Below, piece by piece: positions 51,293 to 64,000 of a stretch of DNA of 64,000 bases. Each line of letters opens with the position of its first letter. Positions within the stretch are counted from its first letter, which is position 1. The stretch lies in the NCBI RefSeq assembly GCF_009914755.1, contig NC_060947.1; one strand, given 5' to 3'. The notes under the pieces are model-generated. The model had not been told where the DNA came from. It ran no database searches and was given only the letters and a program-made list of their open reading frames with translations. The position numbers were made by a program, and so were the translations under genes. The stretch comes from the human T2T-CHM13v2.0 reference genome, Homo sapiens.

Positions 51293-54047
51293 CTTTGTGG
51301 TTTTATCTACTCTTGGTCTTTGATCATGGTGATGTACAGATGGGTTTTTGGTGTGGATGTCCTTTCTGCTTTTAGTTTTCCTTCTAACAGACAGGACCCT
51401 CAGCTGCAGGTCTGTTGGAGTACCCTGCTGTGTGAGGTGTCAGTGTGCCCCTGCTGGCGGGTGCCTCCCAGTTAGGCTGCTCGGGGGTCAGGGGTCAGGG
51501 ACCCACTTGAGGAGGCAGTCTGCCCGTTCTCAGATCTCCAGCTGCGTGCTGGGAGAACTACTGCTCTCTTCAAAGCTGTCAGACAGGGACATTTAAGTCT
51601 GCAGAGGTTACTGCTGTCTTTTTGTCTGTGCCCTGCCCCCAGAGGTGGAGCCTACAGAGGCAGGCAGTCCTCCTTGAGCTGTGGTGGGCTCCACCCAGTT
51701 GGAGCTTCCCGGCTGCTTTGTTTACCTAAGCAACCCTGGGCAATGGTGGGCGCCACTCCCCAAGCCTCGCTGCTGCCTTGCAGTTTGATCTCAGACTGCT
51801 GTGCTAGCAATCAGTGAGAGTCCATGGGTGTAGGACCCTCTGAGCCAGGTGCGGGATATAATCTCGTGGTGCGCCGTTTTTTAAGCCCATTGGAAAAGCG
51901 CAGTATTCGGGTGGGAGTGACCCGATTTTCCAGGTGCCTTCCGTCACCCCTTTCTTTGACTAGGAAAGGGAACTCCCTGACCCCTTGAGCTTCCTGAGTG
52001 AGGCAATGCCTCGCCCTGCTTAGGCCCGCGCATGGTGCATGCACCCACTGACCTGCGCCCACTGTCTGGCACTCCCTAGTGAGATGAACCCGGTACCTCA
52101 GATGGAAATGCAGAAATCACCCGTCTTCTGCGTCTCTCCTCAAATCATTTTTTATTATAGAAAATATCATTGGTTTGACAGGCTTAGATATGTTTAGGTT
52201 TTTAATGGAATTAGGTGCTCTGATCTATTTTTTCCTCTGAGACAGAAATCTCTTTAAACAAAACAAGAACAAATAAAGCATCACTAATATGCCCCCAAAT
52301 ATTTATTTTCCTTTGAATTTTTCTTTTCTTGACTATAACATTTTTATCTGGCTTGGGGCAAGGTCCCTTCATTGGGCCTCTATCAGTATGTTGGTGGAAT
52401 ATGATTTACATTAATTTTTTTGATAAATTATTTGGTTAATAGGTCACATTACTTTGACAAAATTTTGAATAGTTAATAAATTTAGCAAGTGTTTAGCATA
52501 TGCCTTCTATAAGAAACAGATTCTGTGTATTGCATACACTTCCCATTTCTCCTCTTTTCAATGGAAACAGACTAATCTGAAAGTAATACAATTTTCTGTG
52601 AGAAAGCAATGAGGAAATGCCCAGTATTTATAAAACATTATAGCAAAATTATAATTACATATCAAATACAAAAATTTCATATGCTGTCTAATGTCAGACA
52701 TATCTGAATTTTGACACACATAATTGCATCTTATTTTTTAAGGTTGATTTTGTCCCTTTTACTGGAAGTGTTTATATAAGATGATAATGGGGTTCAAGTG
52801 ATCAATTCTGTCCAAGTATTTGGTTGTCACAAAGGAAGGCATCTGAATACCTAAAAGAATATAATTTTCTGCTTTTTAACATTCCTTAGGAAGTATGAAC
52901 AAGTTGGTTGAAATTCTTTCCAACCCCTTCCTCCAGGAAAAAGAAGTCATGTTTCATGGCATTGCCAATATTAAAAATAAAACTTAAAAAAACAGATAAA
53001 ATATTAGCAAAACAATAATCACTTATCTATTATTATTTATATTATGTAATTTCCTTTAATTTTCTATTAAATCACTGGTTAGTTTAAATGATCATGCTTC
53101 ACATCACTCAACTAAAAACAAAACAAAAATATGTTTTGTACTGCTTCTAAGTAAGTCTATGCAAAGTCTACACAACTCACAGCAAAAATGAAAAAGTTCA
53201 ATCAACCCTCTGTTTAGGCTACATGATGCCAAATTATCAGTTTGATTTTTCCCCATTGGATTGGCCAGATGTTTTAGCATTTTGCACACACAGCCTAAGA
53301 ATGTATTCAACTACTTACTATCAAATGATTGTATCAGAGGATGGAAATTCATATGCCTACCCGCACCCAGACTGGCAGGAATATACCCTTTGCATAAAGT
53401 GAAGCACAGTTGTATAATTTTATGCTGGTGTGTCAGTAGCAATATTTTATCTTGCATGGGAATTATGAGGACATACTGCAGCTACATAAAACAGAAACTT
53501 GTTTTATCTAACCTCTGATAAATTAAGGTAATTTATTGTGCATAGTTTTTGCATGTGTTTAAAATGTCTAGAGCAGGTAATTATATATGCTTTTTTGAAT
53601 ATATTGTAATATAAAGATTTTCTTCAATGATAGAATTGTGAGCTCTAGGCCGAAATTTTAAAAGTAAATATGATGGTAGATTTACAATTCAAAGGAACAT
53701 AAATGAACAGACATACTCTTAAAAAAACAGCTGTCTACCTGACTGATCCAAGAAAATGAATATTGAAAACAAACATCTGCCCTGTGGTAGACAATGTGGT
53801 AAAACTAATCGCACTGAGCATAATGAATTTATTTTCTTTTCTGCTTACTATAAACTTGGCAAACTTTTTCTGGTATAAATATTTAAATGTATCAACAAGG
53901 TGAAACAACAGTGCTCCAACATCCAAGATAGAGCCAGGAACATTTCTGGGAATTTTGAGGCCTCTGAGAAAGCTTACTCGCAATCCTTTCAGAATTAGGC
54001 ACCTCTTTGTCCTTAAGTTTCTAATGAGCCTAATTGAGTAATATAAG

Positions 54048-55718
54048 TGATGACAGTGGTGGGCCGCCTGATGCAGCTGCTGCCATCACTCTGGCCACTG
54101 CAGGGAGGGTGCAGGGAGGAGGCAGCCCCTCCTACAGCCTTCTGTCCTGGGGGCTGCCATGATGAGGCCAGGCCACGTCGCCCACTGGTGGGAGAGCAGT
54201 GCATCAGGGAGCAGCCATTGAGCAGAGAGGGGCGCCAATGCGGACCTGGGATCATGCTTGGGGGGCTGGGGTGGGAAGAAGGAGAGGTGCCCTGGCCAGC
54301 AGGGAAGCCATTGTGCCCACTCCGCCTAGGGTGCCGGATTCCCGAGCCTCAGGAGGAGGCTCTGCACAGGGTCACTTGGGGCTTCATCCCCGGGGTCTGC
54401 CCCATGTCGTGGTGACCACCAAACCTGCCACTTCCAATGGCAGGGCTGGGGCCATGATTTGCACCATCCTGGGCTGCCCCTGAGCACTGGGGCAACAGAG
54501 GTAGCTCGTGGCATGTTGTCCTTGCCCTGCGTGCCGGCCTGGGTCCAGCGAAGATCACCAGACTCTGCTCCAGGCTGTGAGGGGGCACAGCCAGAGCTGC
54601 ATGCTCCACAAAGCAGTGGCAGCCAGGAGAAGGCAGCAGCCCCACCCCCTCGGGCACAGCTGAAGCCACCCAACTCTGGATGGTAGACTCGGGCCTCCCT
54701 GTGCTCTTGGGGGCTGGGAGCAGGCAGGAGCTCTATCCCCCAGGCATAGCTGCAGCCATCCAAGTAGGGGTGGTAGACTCGGGCCACCCTGTTCTCTTGG
54801 GGACCAGGAGTGGGCAGGAACCATGCCCTCCTTCCCCCATGCAACTGCAGTGCCCAAGTCAGGGTTGTATAACCGGGCCTCCATGTGCTCTTGGGGGCCC
54901 TTACCCTTGTAGGTTCGGAGGTGCCTTGTCCTGCTGCATGACCTCTGCCCACTCCTAGTGCCTGCTCCAATCTCAGAACAGGGTTGGAGCCTAGCCTGGG
55001 CACTGTCACAGCCCAGCCAGTAATGCCCATGCTCAGGCCCTACCCCCTCTAGGCATTGGGAGCCTGACAAGCACGGGGGGAAGCGAGGGTTGCTGAGGGC
55101 AGTTTGATGCTGGTCTGCAGGTGCCCCTTGGCATGAGTGGCCTGCACACCATGGTAGGTGGCAGGAGGCAGGCAGGCTCCTGGGTGGAAGGGTGTGGGTC
55201 CCCAGTAAAGGCCCCATCTTTAGGCCATGGGACTGGGTTGCCAGACCTGCCAACCAGAGTGGGGACTTGTGGTGCCTTTTCTAATCTGCCCATGGTCTCC
55301 CATGGACCTATTGGCACACACTTCCTCTCCTCTGAGAAGCTACCCTCTCCAAGGCCTCCTCTCTGCTGAGAGCTGCAGTTGGTAGAATGACCAGCTGCAG
55401 AGAGGAGCTATCCTCTCTGCTGAAAGCTGAACACTTGTTCAGACCACCTGCCTGCAGAGAGGATCCACCCTCTCCAAAGCCTCCTCTCTCCTAAGAGCTG
55501 AACACTTGATGGGACGACCTGCCTACAGAGAGGAGCTACCCACTGCAGGTCTCCTCTGAGCTGTTGTAACCCTCAAAAAGGCTTCTCTTCATGTTGCTCA
55601 CCCTCCATTTGTCTGTGTACCTCATTTTTCCTGGATACAGGACAAGAACTCGGGCAAAGACACCACTGGCCACAGAGGTTTCCAGCCAGAAAAGCAACAC
55701 CCCAAAGATCCTGTAACA
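54048..55718 (+). mobile_element. MER52-family (ERV1) solo LTR
   Basis: tgatgacagtggtgggcc...ccaaagatcctgtaaca termini, GC-rich, internal repeats; flanks taag/taat. Confidence 0.88.
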
Positions 55719-56637
55719 TAATATTATTATGGAGTATAAAGGAAAAAAGAGGAGACAAACAAGAATCATAAAGGAACAAGAGAAAAATGGTGATGGGGAA
55801 AAAGTGAGAAGAGAGGACAGGAGAAGAGAGGAAGGAAAGGCATTAGCATGGGCTGGTAGAGTAGCATTGACATTCTTGAAGTGTGGTGTAACAAGTGGTT
55901 ATGGTCTAAGCTGTCAAATGAAATCCCCATTATCCTTGTCAAGACAGTTAAGGAGTATTGGATATAAAGCAAGATTAAATGACTTCCTGTGATTCCACAT
56001 GCAAAGGTACTCAACTTGCCAATATTCCTTCTTGAATTTACCACTGATTCCCAAAGCTATCTTGATTACATACATGCTAGCACCATAATATACTAAAGGC
56101 AATTTCTTTAAGTAAGTTTTAAAGTTCTATTTTTTAAGAGCAAAAGAAATTAGGGTACAATTAAACATGTGAGTGTTCTACAAGACTCTGGTATCAGAAA
56201 ATTTCATTAGGGCATCTGTTTATAAGCAGCCTATATGGAAAATGAGTGAAGCATTAAAAAGTCAATATTGGGGCGTGAATTTACAGAGAAAATTTTAGCT
56301 AGCGAGGTTTGTGGTGCTTAGGAGTACCAATGCATTACATTTATATTTTGTTACTGTCATATTTTCTTTGAAAAATAGTTTTTAGCTAGCTGACTTTTAA
56401 CAAGAGTTATAGATGTATTAAAATTATTAAAGCAGGGGAAATACACAACAGCCAATAATAGATGGGGGTTAGTATGGAGGTAGCAGAGAGGTATTTAGCT
56501 TACTGGCAATTAAAGAAATAAAAATAATAATGCATTAACTCTAATTTTCTAATAAAAGAAGCAGAACAGGTTTTCAGATAAGGCAACCTCTCTGACTAGG
56601 TCCTTATCTTTGAGATAAATATTAGTGTAATACTTCA

Positions 56638-56957
<320 letters not shown>

Positions 56958-57199
56958 AAGAAGTATTAGGCAACAAATTACTGTGTTGGATAATTTTACC
57001 AAATAAAGACGTAAGGGCAGAATTTATAAACTTTTCAACTAATAGTGACCATGGAAAAAAGTAGATAGAAAGTATGAAACTTTGCATTTATCTAGGAATT
57101 TCTACAGGGGAACTATAATATTATTTAAATATGCAGCGGTCTGACAACCTGATTTGATAAGAGCACTATAGCACAGACATTCTGTATGTCTCTTATTTC

Positions 57200-57350
57200 A
57201 GTGACTTCTAACCAAGCCAATCATCAAAATAATCAGGAGGTCTTTAAAAATACATATGTCCCATTCTGATTCTTCAATATACTGTTTCAATATGTTTGGG
57301 ATGGGGCTAGGGAATCCATATTTTTAAAAATCCTTTTGCGTTCTTTTGAT
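57200..57350. mobile_element. MER5-like hAT relic
   Basis: ctttaaaaatacatatgtccc...gggatggggctagggaatccatatttttaa. Confidence 0.5.
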
Positions 57351-57868
57351 TATTTGACATCCTTGCTTGCTTTTTCCTCAGATTGCAACCAGTATGTTTG
57401 CTCCTGATGAAATTATTATGTTTACCTGATATTATTTTATCTTTTTTTCTGGATTTCAAGATGTATTATAGATATATTTTTTCCAGATGACCTATAGGAA
57501 TCCTAATTTCATAAATTTTAAAATGTGAAACAGTAGATCTACCACTGGCCTGAGTTCTTGGAAACTCTACATGGTGGCATGGCTTAAAAAAAATTGTCTG
57601 AACTGTCAAGTACACCACTTAAAGAAGGAAGAATAAAATAAATTCTAGTACATTGAATGGCTGAGTAGCCAGAAATTTACCAAGATTTTGTATCACTTTA
57701 TATATTATATATTATCTCATTTAACCACCAGAGCAATTCAGAGATAGTTATTACTCCCATTTTACATATGAGAAAACTCAAACTTATAGTGGTTAAGCCT
57801 TGCTCAAAGTCACACAGCTTATTAGTGGAGCTGAGATCCAACTGTCTTTAAAACCAATGGCTGTTCCA

Positions 57869-58643
57869 TGATTTATAATCTTTTGGGTATATACCCAGCA
57901 ATGGGATGGCTGGGTCAAATGGTATTTCTAGTTCTGGATCCTTGAGGAATCACCACACTGTCTTCCACAATGGTTGAACTAGTTTACAGTCCCACCAACA
58001 GTGTAAAAGTGTTCCTATTTCTCCACATCCTCTCCAGCACCTGTTGTTTCCTGACTTTTTAATGATTGCCATTCTAACTGGTGTGAGATGGTATCTCATT
58101 GTGGTTTTGATTTGCATTTATCTGATGGCCAGTGATGATGAGCATTTCTTCAATAAAGACACATGCACACATATGTTTATTGCAGCACTATTCACAATAG
58201 CAAAGACTTGGAACCAAGCCAAATGTTCATCAATGATAGACTGGATTAAGAAAATGTGGCACATATACACCATGGAATACTATGCGGCCATAAAAAAGGA
58301 TGAGTTCATGTCCTTTGTAGGGACATGGATGAAGCTGGAAACCGTCATTCTCAGCAAACTATGGCAAGGACAAAAAACCAAACACCACATGTTCTCACTC
58401 ATAGGTGGGAATTGAACAATGAGAACACATGGACACAGGGAGGGGAACATCACACACTGGAGCCTGTTGTGGGATGGCGGAAGGGGGGAGGGATAGCATT
58501 AGGAGATATACCTAATGTAAATGACGAGTTAATGGGTACAGCACACCAACATGGCACATGTATACATATGTAACAAACCTGCACGTTGTGCACATGTACC
58601 CTAGAACTTAATGTATAATTAAAAAAAAAAGAAAAGAAAAGAA
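57869..58643 (+). mobile_element. 5'-inverted L1 (about L1PA6-7) inserted in a MIR
   Basis: Minus piece to about 58150, plus piece to polyA; 20-bp direct flank taaaaccaatggctgttcca (57849-57868 / 58644-58663). Confidence 0.94.
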
Positions 58644-58756
58644 TAAAACCAATGGCTGTTCCACTATCCCATGGCAGTTTGTGGTAGATAATGTGGTTTG
58701 CTACATACTGCGAGTTCAATGATGACAAGTGATAGCATGGTTTAAAATTAGAGCAA

Positions 58757-59147
58757 AACAGGGTGACTATAGTCAGTACTAATTGAATTGTACATTTTTA
58801 AATAACTAAGAGTATACTTAGATTGTAACACAAGGGATAAACTCTTGAAGTTATGGATACCCCATTTACCTTGATGTGGTTATTATGTATCATATGCATG
58901 TATCACAATATCTCATATACCCCATAAATATATACACCTACTATGCACTCATAAAAATTAAAAATAAAAAAAAATAGTACACTTAGATTGTAACGCAAGG
59001 GATACCCTCTTGAAGTAATGGATACCCCATTTATCTACCTGTGGTTATTACACATTGTATGCCTGTATCAAAATATCTCATATACCCCATAAATATATAT
59101 ACCTATTACACACTCACAAAAATTAAATATAAATAAATAAATAAAAA
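58757..59147 (+). mobile_element. L1MA 3' end with tandemly duplicated terminal 165 bp
   Basis: 58811-58975 is repeated at 58976-59147, each copy ending in an A-rich tail. Confidence 0.85.
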
Positions 59148-59994
59148 GTATATGATGCTCCTATATGTTAAACAAAACCTAACATAATTTTTGAACATTA
59201 AGTTTATTTATGAATAACTTGCTTTTCAAACCTATTGTAACTAACCTAGTTTCTCTATAATTGTTCTGCTACAAAGACCTTAGGAAAGATTATCCTTTGA
59301 TCATTTTACAAGGGTAATTATTGCCTTCCTGCCATTGAGAAATGGATCAAACAGATAATATCCGGGCATTAAAAATAAAAACACACAGCAAATAACAACC
59401 CCGCTTGAAAAAAAATTAAATTAAAAAAAGTAATCTCAAAATCCCATTAATAAACAATTACAAAAGAGCCAAAATTTAGATTGATCTTGTTAATTGTGTT
59501 TATCTCAGTGTGAAGCCATGTCAGCAAGCCTAAAGCCAATGTATTTTGTTAAAAGTACTATTGGCACAGCGGGCCCTGAACATTAAAGAGGATGCTTATT
59601 ATTATGGGGCTGCAAGTGTGAGAGGACACTAACAATAGACTGAATAATTAATATTGTATCTTAATCTAGAAATGCTGCATTATAAAGCTCCTTATATCCA
59701 ACAAAATTCCTTAACACCATGTATGTTTCTTAATACTACTTGAATTCAGCATTTATAATCTCTTTAAAATAAAAAATGTCACAATTTAGCGACATTGCCT
59801 ACTAGTTGTATTCAAGGTTATAACACTAGCGTATTTATCTTTATTAATTAATATAAAAATGATTTTCCCTTTGGATACATCACTGAATGCCTATAGTCTA
59901 ACAATACAAATGGAGCCCTCTAATCTGAGAAGAATGAAAATACTTGATAGAGTTTCTGGTTCAAGATGACAGACAGCACATATTTATATGTCTT

Positions 59995-60027
<33 letters not shown>

Positions 60028-61484
60028 CAAAACCCCTCTGAATAATAATAATGAAGTACTAAAGACATTAAGTCCATAAATTTACTGAATGACATCACTG
60101 AATGCCCAATGAGAGGCATCAGAAGACCAGAGCCTTGACATATTTCTGGAACATGGAGAAAGGTGGGACCATATTGATGGACAATATAGAATGGAGAGAG
60201 CCACATCTCAGGACATGCACAGTGTGCTGCAGAAGAGGTAAGAGTTGCTTATCATCAGATAAGTGGAAAGGAAATAGAATTATAAAACAACATGATTGAT
60301 GGCCTACAGCATTGGTCTCCAAGGTTGTGTGTGATCATCCCAGGCAATCCATATTTCATATGGCACAAAAAAACATATTAAAATGTCCAGTTTTACTTTT
60401 TTATATCAAAAATAAGAAATATATTATGTTTATCAATATTTTATAAACAGATGTACAGTAATCTATGTATGTGATATATATAATAAAATACTATAAAAAA
60501 GAATATAGTAAAATCATTGATTTTTTTTTTGAGACTGGTAGCTTCTGTAAAATGGCTATGGCCATGTAGGTCAGCATCACCTCTATATATGCAGTAGCAG
60601 CAGGTTGAGGCTGAAGTGCCATTTTCCAAAGAAATGAGAAACCTGCCAGGAAGAGTTTAGTGCTTTTATTATGGTAGCTGATATTCCAGAGAAGAGCCAT
60701 CCTCATTTGTTTTCTGCCATAAAAACTAAAACATAACCCACTAGTTTGAAGTTATATGTGACTTCCTTTCAGGATGGAAGCCTGTGAGAAAAGACTACCT
60801 CAATAATGTCAGAAAAATTGCTTGGTAGCTACCAGTAATAATGCATCAAGTGCATCTCTTATGAGTATGAGTGGAAAACCAAGCATCATCAGACATTTGA
60901 GAAAAACTAGAAGCACACGCAAAAAAATAACTAATCTGGACATTACTTGGAAGAAAATAACTTTTAAAATTTATTCTAATTAATATTCTTGGGAGAATCA
61001 AAATGATCCCTACATTCACAAAGAATAGGTTGCTGTAAGAAAAGAGTAATTGGAAAGCAGGAAATAGAAGTTTAAATTTTATTAAAATTAGAATATCAAT
61101 AGAATAAATTAGAATTAAATGGAAAATAAGTTGCAAAAATATCGGACATCACGATGAAAGTTTTATTGGAAAATAGCAAGAATCACGTGACAGTCATTAG
61201 TCAATGAGTATCTGTTAAAATTGAAGAAAAATAAATAAATATAATGCATGATAGGCGTTTTACAAGAGGATAATTTATGTATCAAATTATTAGGTAGATG
61301 TTTTGAGAAACAGATGAAGCCTTCATAACTATTTTTGCAAAATTGCCTTTTTTTATTTTTGTGCCATGGAATTTAAATGTATAATGAGGAATATAGTAGA
61401 ATATCATCTTATAATTTGGTTGGGAAAATTCTGCACCAATCTCTCCTTATAAATCAATGCATTTTCATTCATTTTTTGTTTGAA

Positions 61485-61633
61485 AAAATTAATTTGGAGA
61501 AGGTGGCACACTCTTGTAGTCCCAGCTACGCAGGAGGCTGAGTTGGGAGAATCACCTGCGTCCAGAAAGTCGAAGCAACAGTGAGCCATGTTCCCCAGCC
61601 TGGGTGACAGGAGTGAGACCCTGTCTCAAAAAA
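61485..61633 (+). mobile_element. Alu right monomer (FRAM/AluJ fragment)
   Basis: ggtggcacactcttgtagtcccagctac...gagaccctgtctcaaaaaa. Confidence 0.8.
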
Positions 61634-62689
61634 TATGCATATTTAAAATTAAAGCATAAATTGTGTTCAATACAAGATTAAATAAAAAAAGTTTTAGATT
61701 TCTTTTCCAAAACAAAATCTCAGTAAAACCTTTTCCATTTTTATCATGACTATAAAATTTTGGTTCATGTTTTAAGTGTTTTCAGTGTAAGCAAACTTTA
61801 TTTTAAAATATGGATAAAGAAGTCTTATAATAGTATGATTTAAGAATTTGCATAATCTTAGTCATTAGGCAAATAAGGCATATATTTATTATGTCAACAA
61901 CCCAAAAGGAAGAGAAAATCTGGTCTTCTACGACATAAAAAAAAGAACCTCTACAAAAATGTAATAATCCAAATATGAAGCCAACTAAAATGTGGCATGA
62001 TTCTGACCCTTAAACGGGGTGTAAAATAAAAGAATTCATTTGACTTTGATACTTGAAGCATCCGCTTTTAGGAAGCTATATCCAATTTCTGTGGAACCAG
62101 TCACGTTACTTGGCTCTATTGGGAATAATATTTACACAATTATAATATGGAAAAGTGTAAATATACATATTTATATAATTTTCACAATCTATAGGTAAAT
62201 ATGGACATTTTAACTATATTTAAATTGCAGGATTAATAGGTTATAAATCAACAATTTATTTAAAAAGTTCACATCGACTCAAATAGAGATGTAAAAGGCG
62301 GGATAAAGATTGTACTGACTTTCTCATCCGATTTATTAGGGAGTCAATGATTATCATTTAAAATTAGCAAATTAAGAAGTAGGGCTTTATAAAGATAACC
62401 AGCAGAAGAATGATAAAACTGATAGGTAGTTAACAGATACTGGAAGATGGAAAGACTTCAGTACGCCACTTAAGCTCAATCGTTCATACTAAAATACAAG
62501 TTTAGGAATATTATTTATAGTTATTGTGAAAATCGCCGGCAACAAAAAAGAAAATCACTGGCAACAGAAAACTTATTAAGTAATAAGACTGGTGATGTGA
62601 GAAGGGGGTGAATTTTTTAAAACTTTTAATTTAATACATTTTGTACTTTCAAAAATGTATTTCCATGGGCATCTGTTGTTTTCTTTTCT

Positions 62690-62793
62690 TTATCACCTTT
62701 TAATTCCATCCTCCCAAAAGTAACCAATTACAGAATATAAGTAACTAATTATGAAAATGTAATGGTATCCATTCATATCCTTTTTCTACTAAT

Positions 62794-62824
<31 letters not shown>

Positions 62825-64000
62825 CACACACAAACACACACACACAAATACACCTGATCACAAAAGTTGTTCTTGCTGCTTTATTTTAAATTCAAATAGG
62901 AATATACTATTCTCATTACTCTGCAATTTGATTTTTTAGTCATATAATTTTTGACATATATCCAGATCAACATATACATACAGCTCACTGTTTTTATTAG
63001 CTGCACAATATTCTATTCAATAGAAAGCCTCAAGGTTAATATTCTGTATCTGTTGAGACTTATCAATACCTGTGTTATACTGATTGCTAAATATTTTGAA
63101 TATTACCACCAAATAAACTACAGTTTATTCCACTAATTCACTATTGTACATTCGGGCTACCAAAATGCTGAAAAAAATTACACACACACACACACACACA
63201 CACACATGCATGCATATCTATATCTATATGTACATACATACTAGTACTTTTATTTTTCTTGTAGGCAAAATTCTTAAAAGAGTGATTGCTGGGCCAAACA
63301 ATATGTATATATTTCTTTTATTAGTTATTGCAAGATTTTCTAAGTCATGCATTTCTCAATGTCACCAGCAAAAATGGTTAATTTTTACCATTGGGTAGGT
63401 TTAAACAAAAATTACATTGCTTTAATTTAATTTTCCCTGACCACTCATGATATTGGATATTTTTTTCAAATAAATGTTTGCATTTTTTATTTTCTTCTCT
63501 GAATTGGCTGTTCATAATCTTTATGCATTTTTCTGTTTGGTAATTAGTTGTTTTCTTATTAATAAGCACAAGATCTTTTGGCTAGTCATATTAACTAATT
63601 AACACCAAACTTAGAAAATAATTGAGACATACTTTAAAAAACATTTGTTGTTTGTCTAAAATTCAAATTAAACTGGGATTCCTCAAGACTACTCAGTTTG
63701 TTGTTTGAATTTTATGATATTCTTTCCCAAACTATTAGGGAATTGAATTTGTTAATCATTTTAATGGCTTTTATTTTTCTGTCTTGTTTAAGTAGCTTTT
63801 ACCCTTTCCATAGTCTGAGCATTTCCTAAGTTTTGAGAAATATTTTAATTATTTTACTTGTTACATTTAGTTATCTGTAATTAGTTTTTTGATTATGTCA
63901 AGTAGTGTACTTTTTTCTCAAATGAATAGTCAATTTTTCCAGCACCATTAAGTAAATTATGCTCTGTCAACTGAATTGAAATGTCAAATTTGTCACATTT
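62690..64000 (-). mobile_element. Old L1ME/L1MC relic with (CT)n and (CA)n microsatellites
   Basis: ttgctttaatttaattttccctgaccact, tctgaattggctgttcata, atagtcaatttttccagcaccatta. Confidence 0.65.

Noticed and set aside
53735-53983. 82-aa minus-strand ORF in unique sequence
   Set aside because: No recognisable domain or partner exons; the length is compatible with chance.
54013-55369. GC-rich island with overlapping ORFs up to 234 aa and internal repeats of about 90 bp
   Set aside because: Lies within a MER52 LTR; high GC explains the long ORFs, and the repeats look intrinsic to the element.
55338-55560. Spaced short repeats (gagctaccctctc / gagctgaacacttg) resembling a CRISPR array
   Set aside because: Degenerate LTR-internal repeats in primate DNA; no constant repeat with unique spacers and no cas genes.

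Overview
AT-rich, repeat-dense primate genomic DNA. Young L1PA2/3-type elements and Alus point to a hominid, probably human. No intact protein-coding gene was found, and nearly all long ORFs are retroelement-derived. Repeats include two near-full-length, defective, minus-strand L1PA2/3 elements about 44.2 kb apart, six 5'-inverted (twin-primed) L1 insertions, a 5'-deleted HERV-L (RNaseH-integrase-dUTPase) with its MLT2A LTR, MER52, MST/THE1 and MLT1 solo LTRs, Tigger3, Alus, and MIR/L2/L3 relics. Main observations: (1) the unique sequence holds a chain of + strand exon-like blocks with GT-AG boundaries whose disrupted translations resemble, by eye, repeated ERICH3-type DUF4590 domains, suggesting an old multi-exon pseudogene; (2) the two full-length L1s have different TSDs yet share many non-consensus bases, including the same ORF2 nonsense codon, and L1 #1 shares a short patch with a neighbouring older L1, suggesting local gene conversion; (3) the antisense promoter and ORF0 of L1 #1 point directly at the pseudo-exons; (4) several non-repeat blocks look like developmental enhancers, one with a perfect PBX-MEIS/PREP decamer. 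All family calls and consensus comparisons are from memory; no database search was run.
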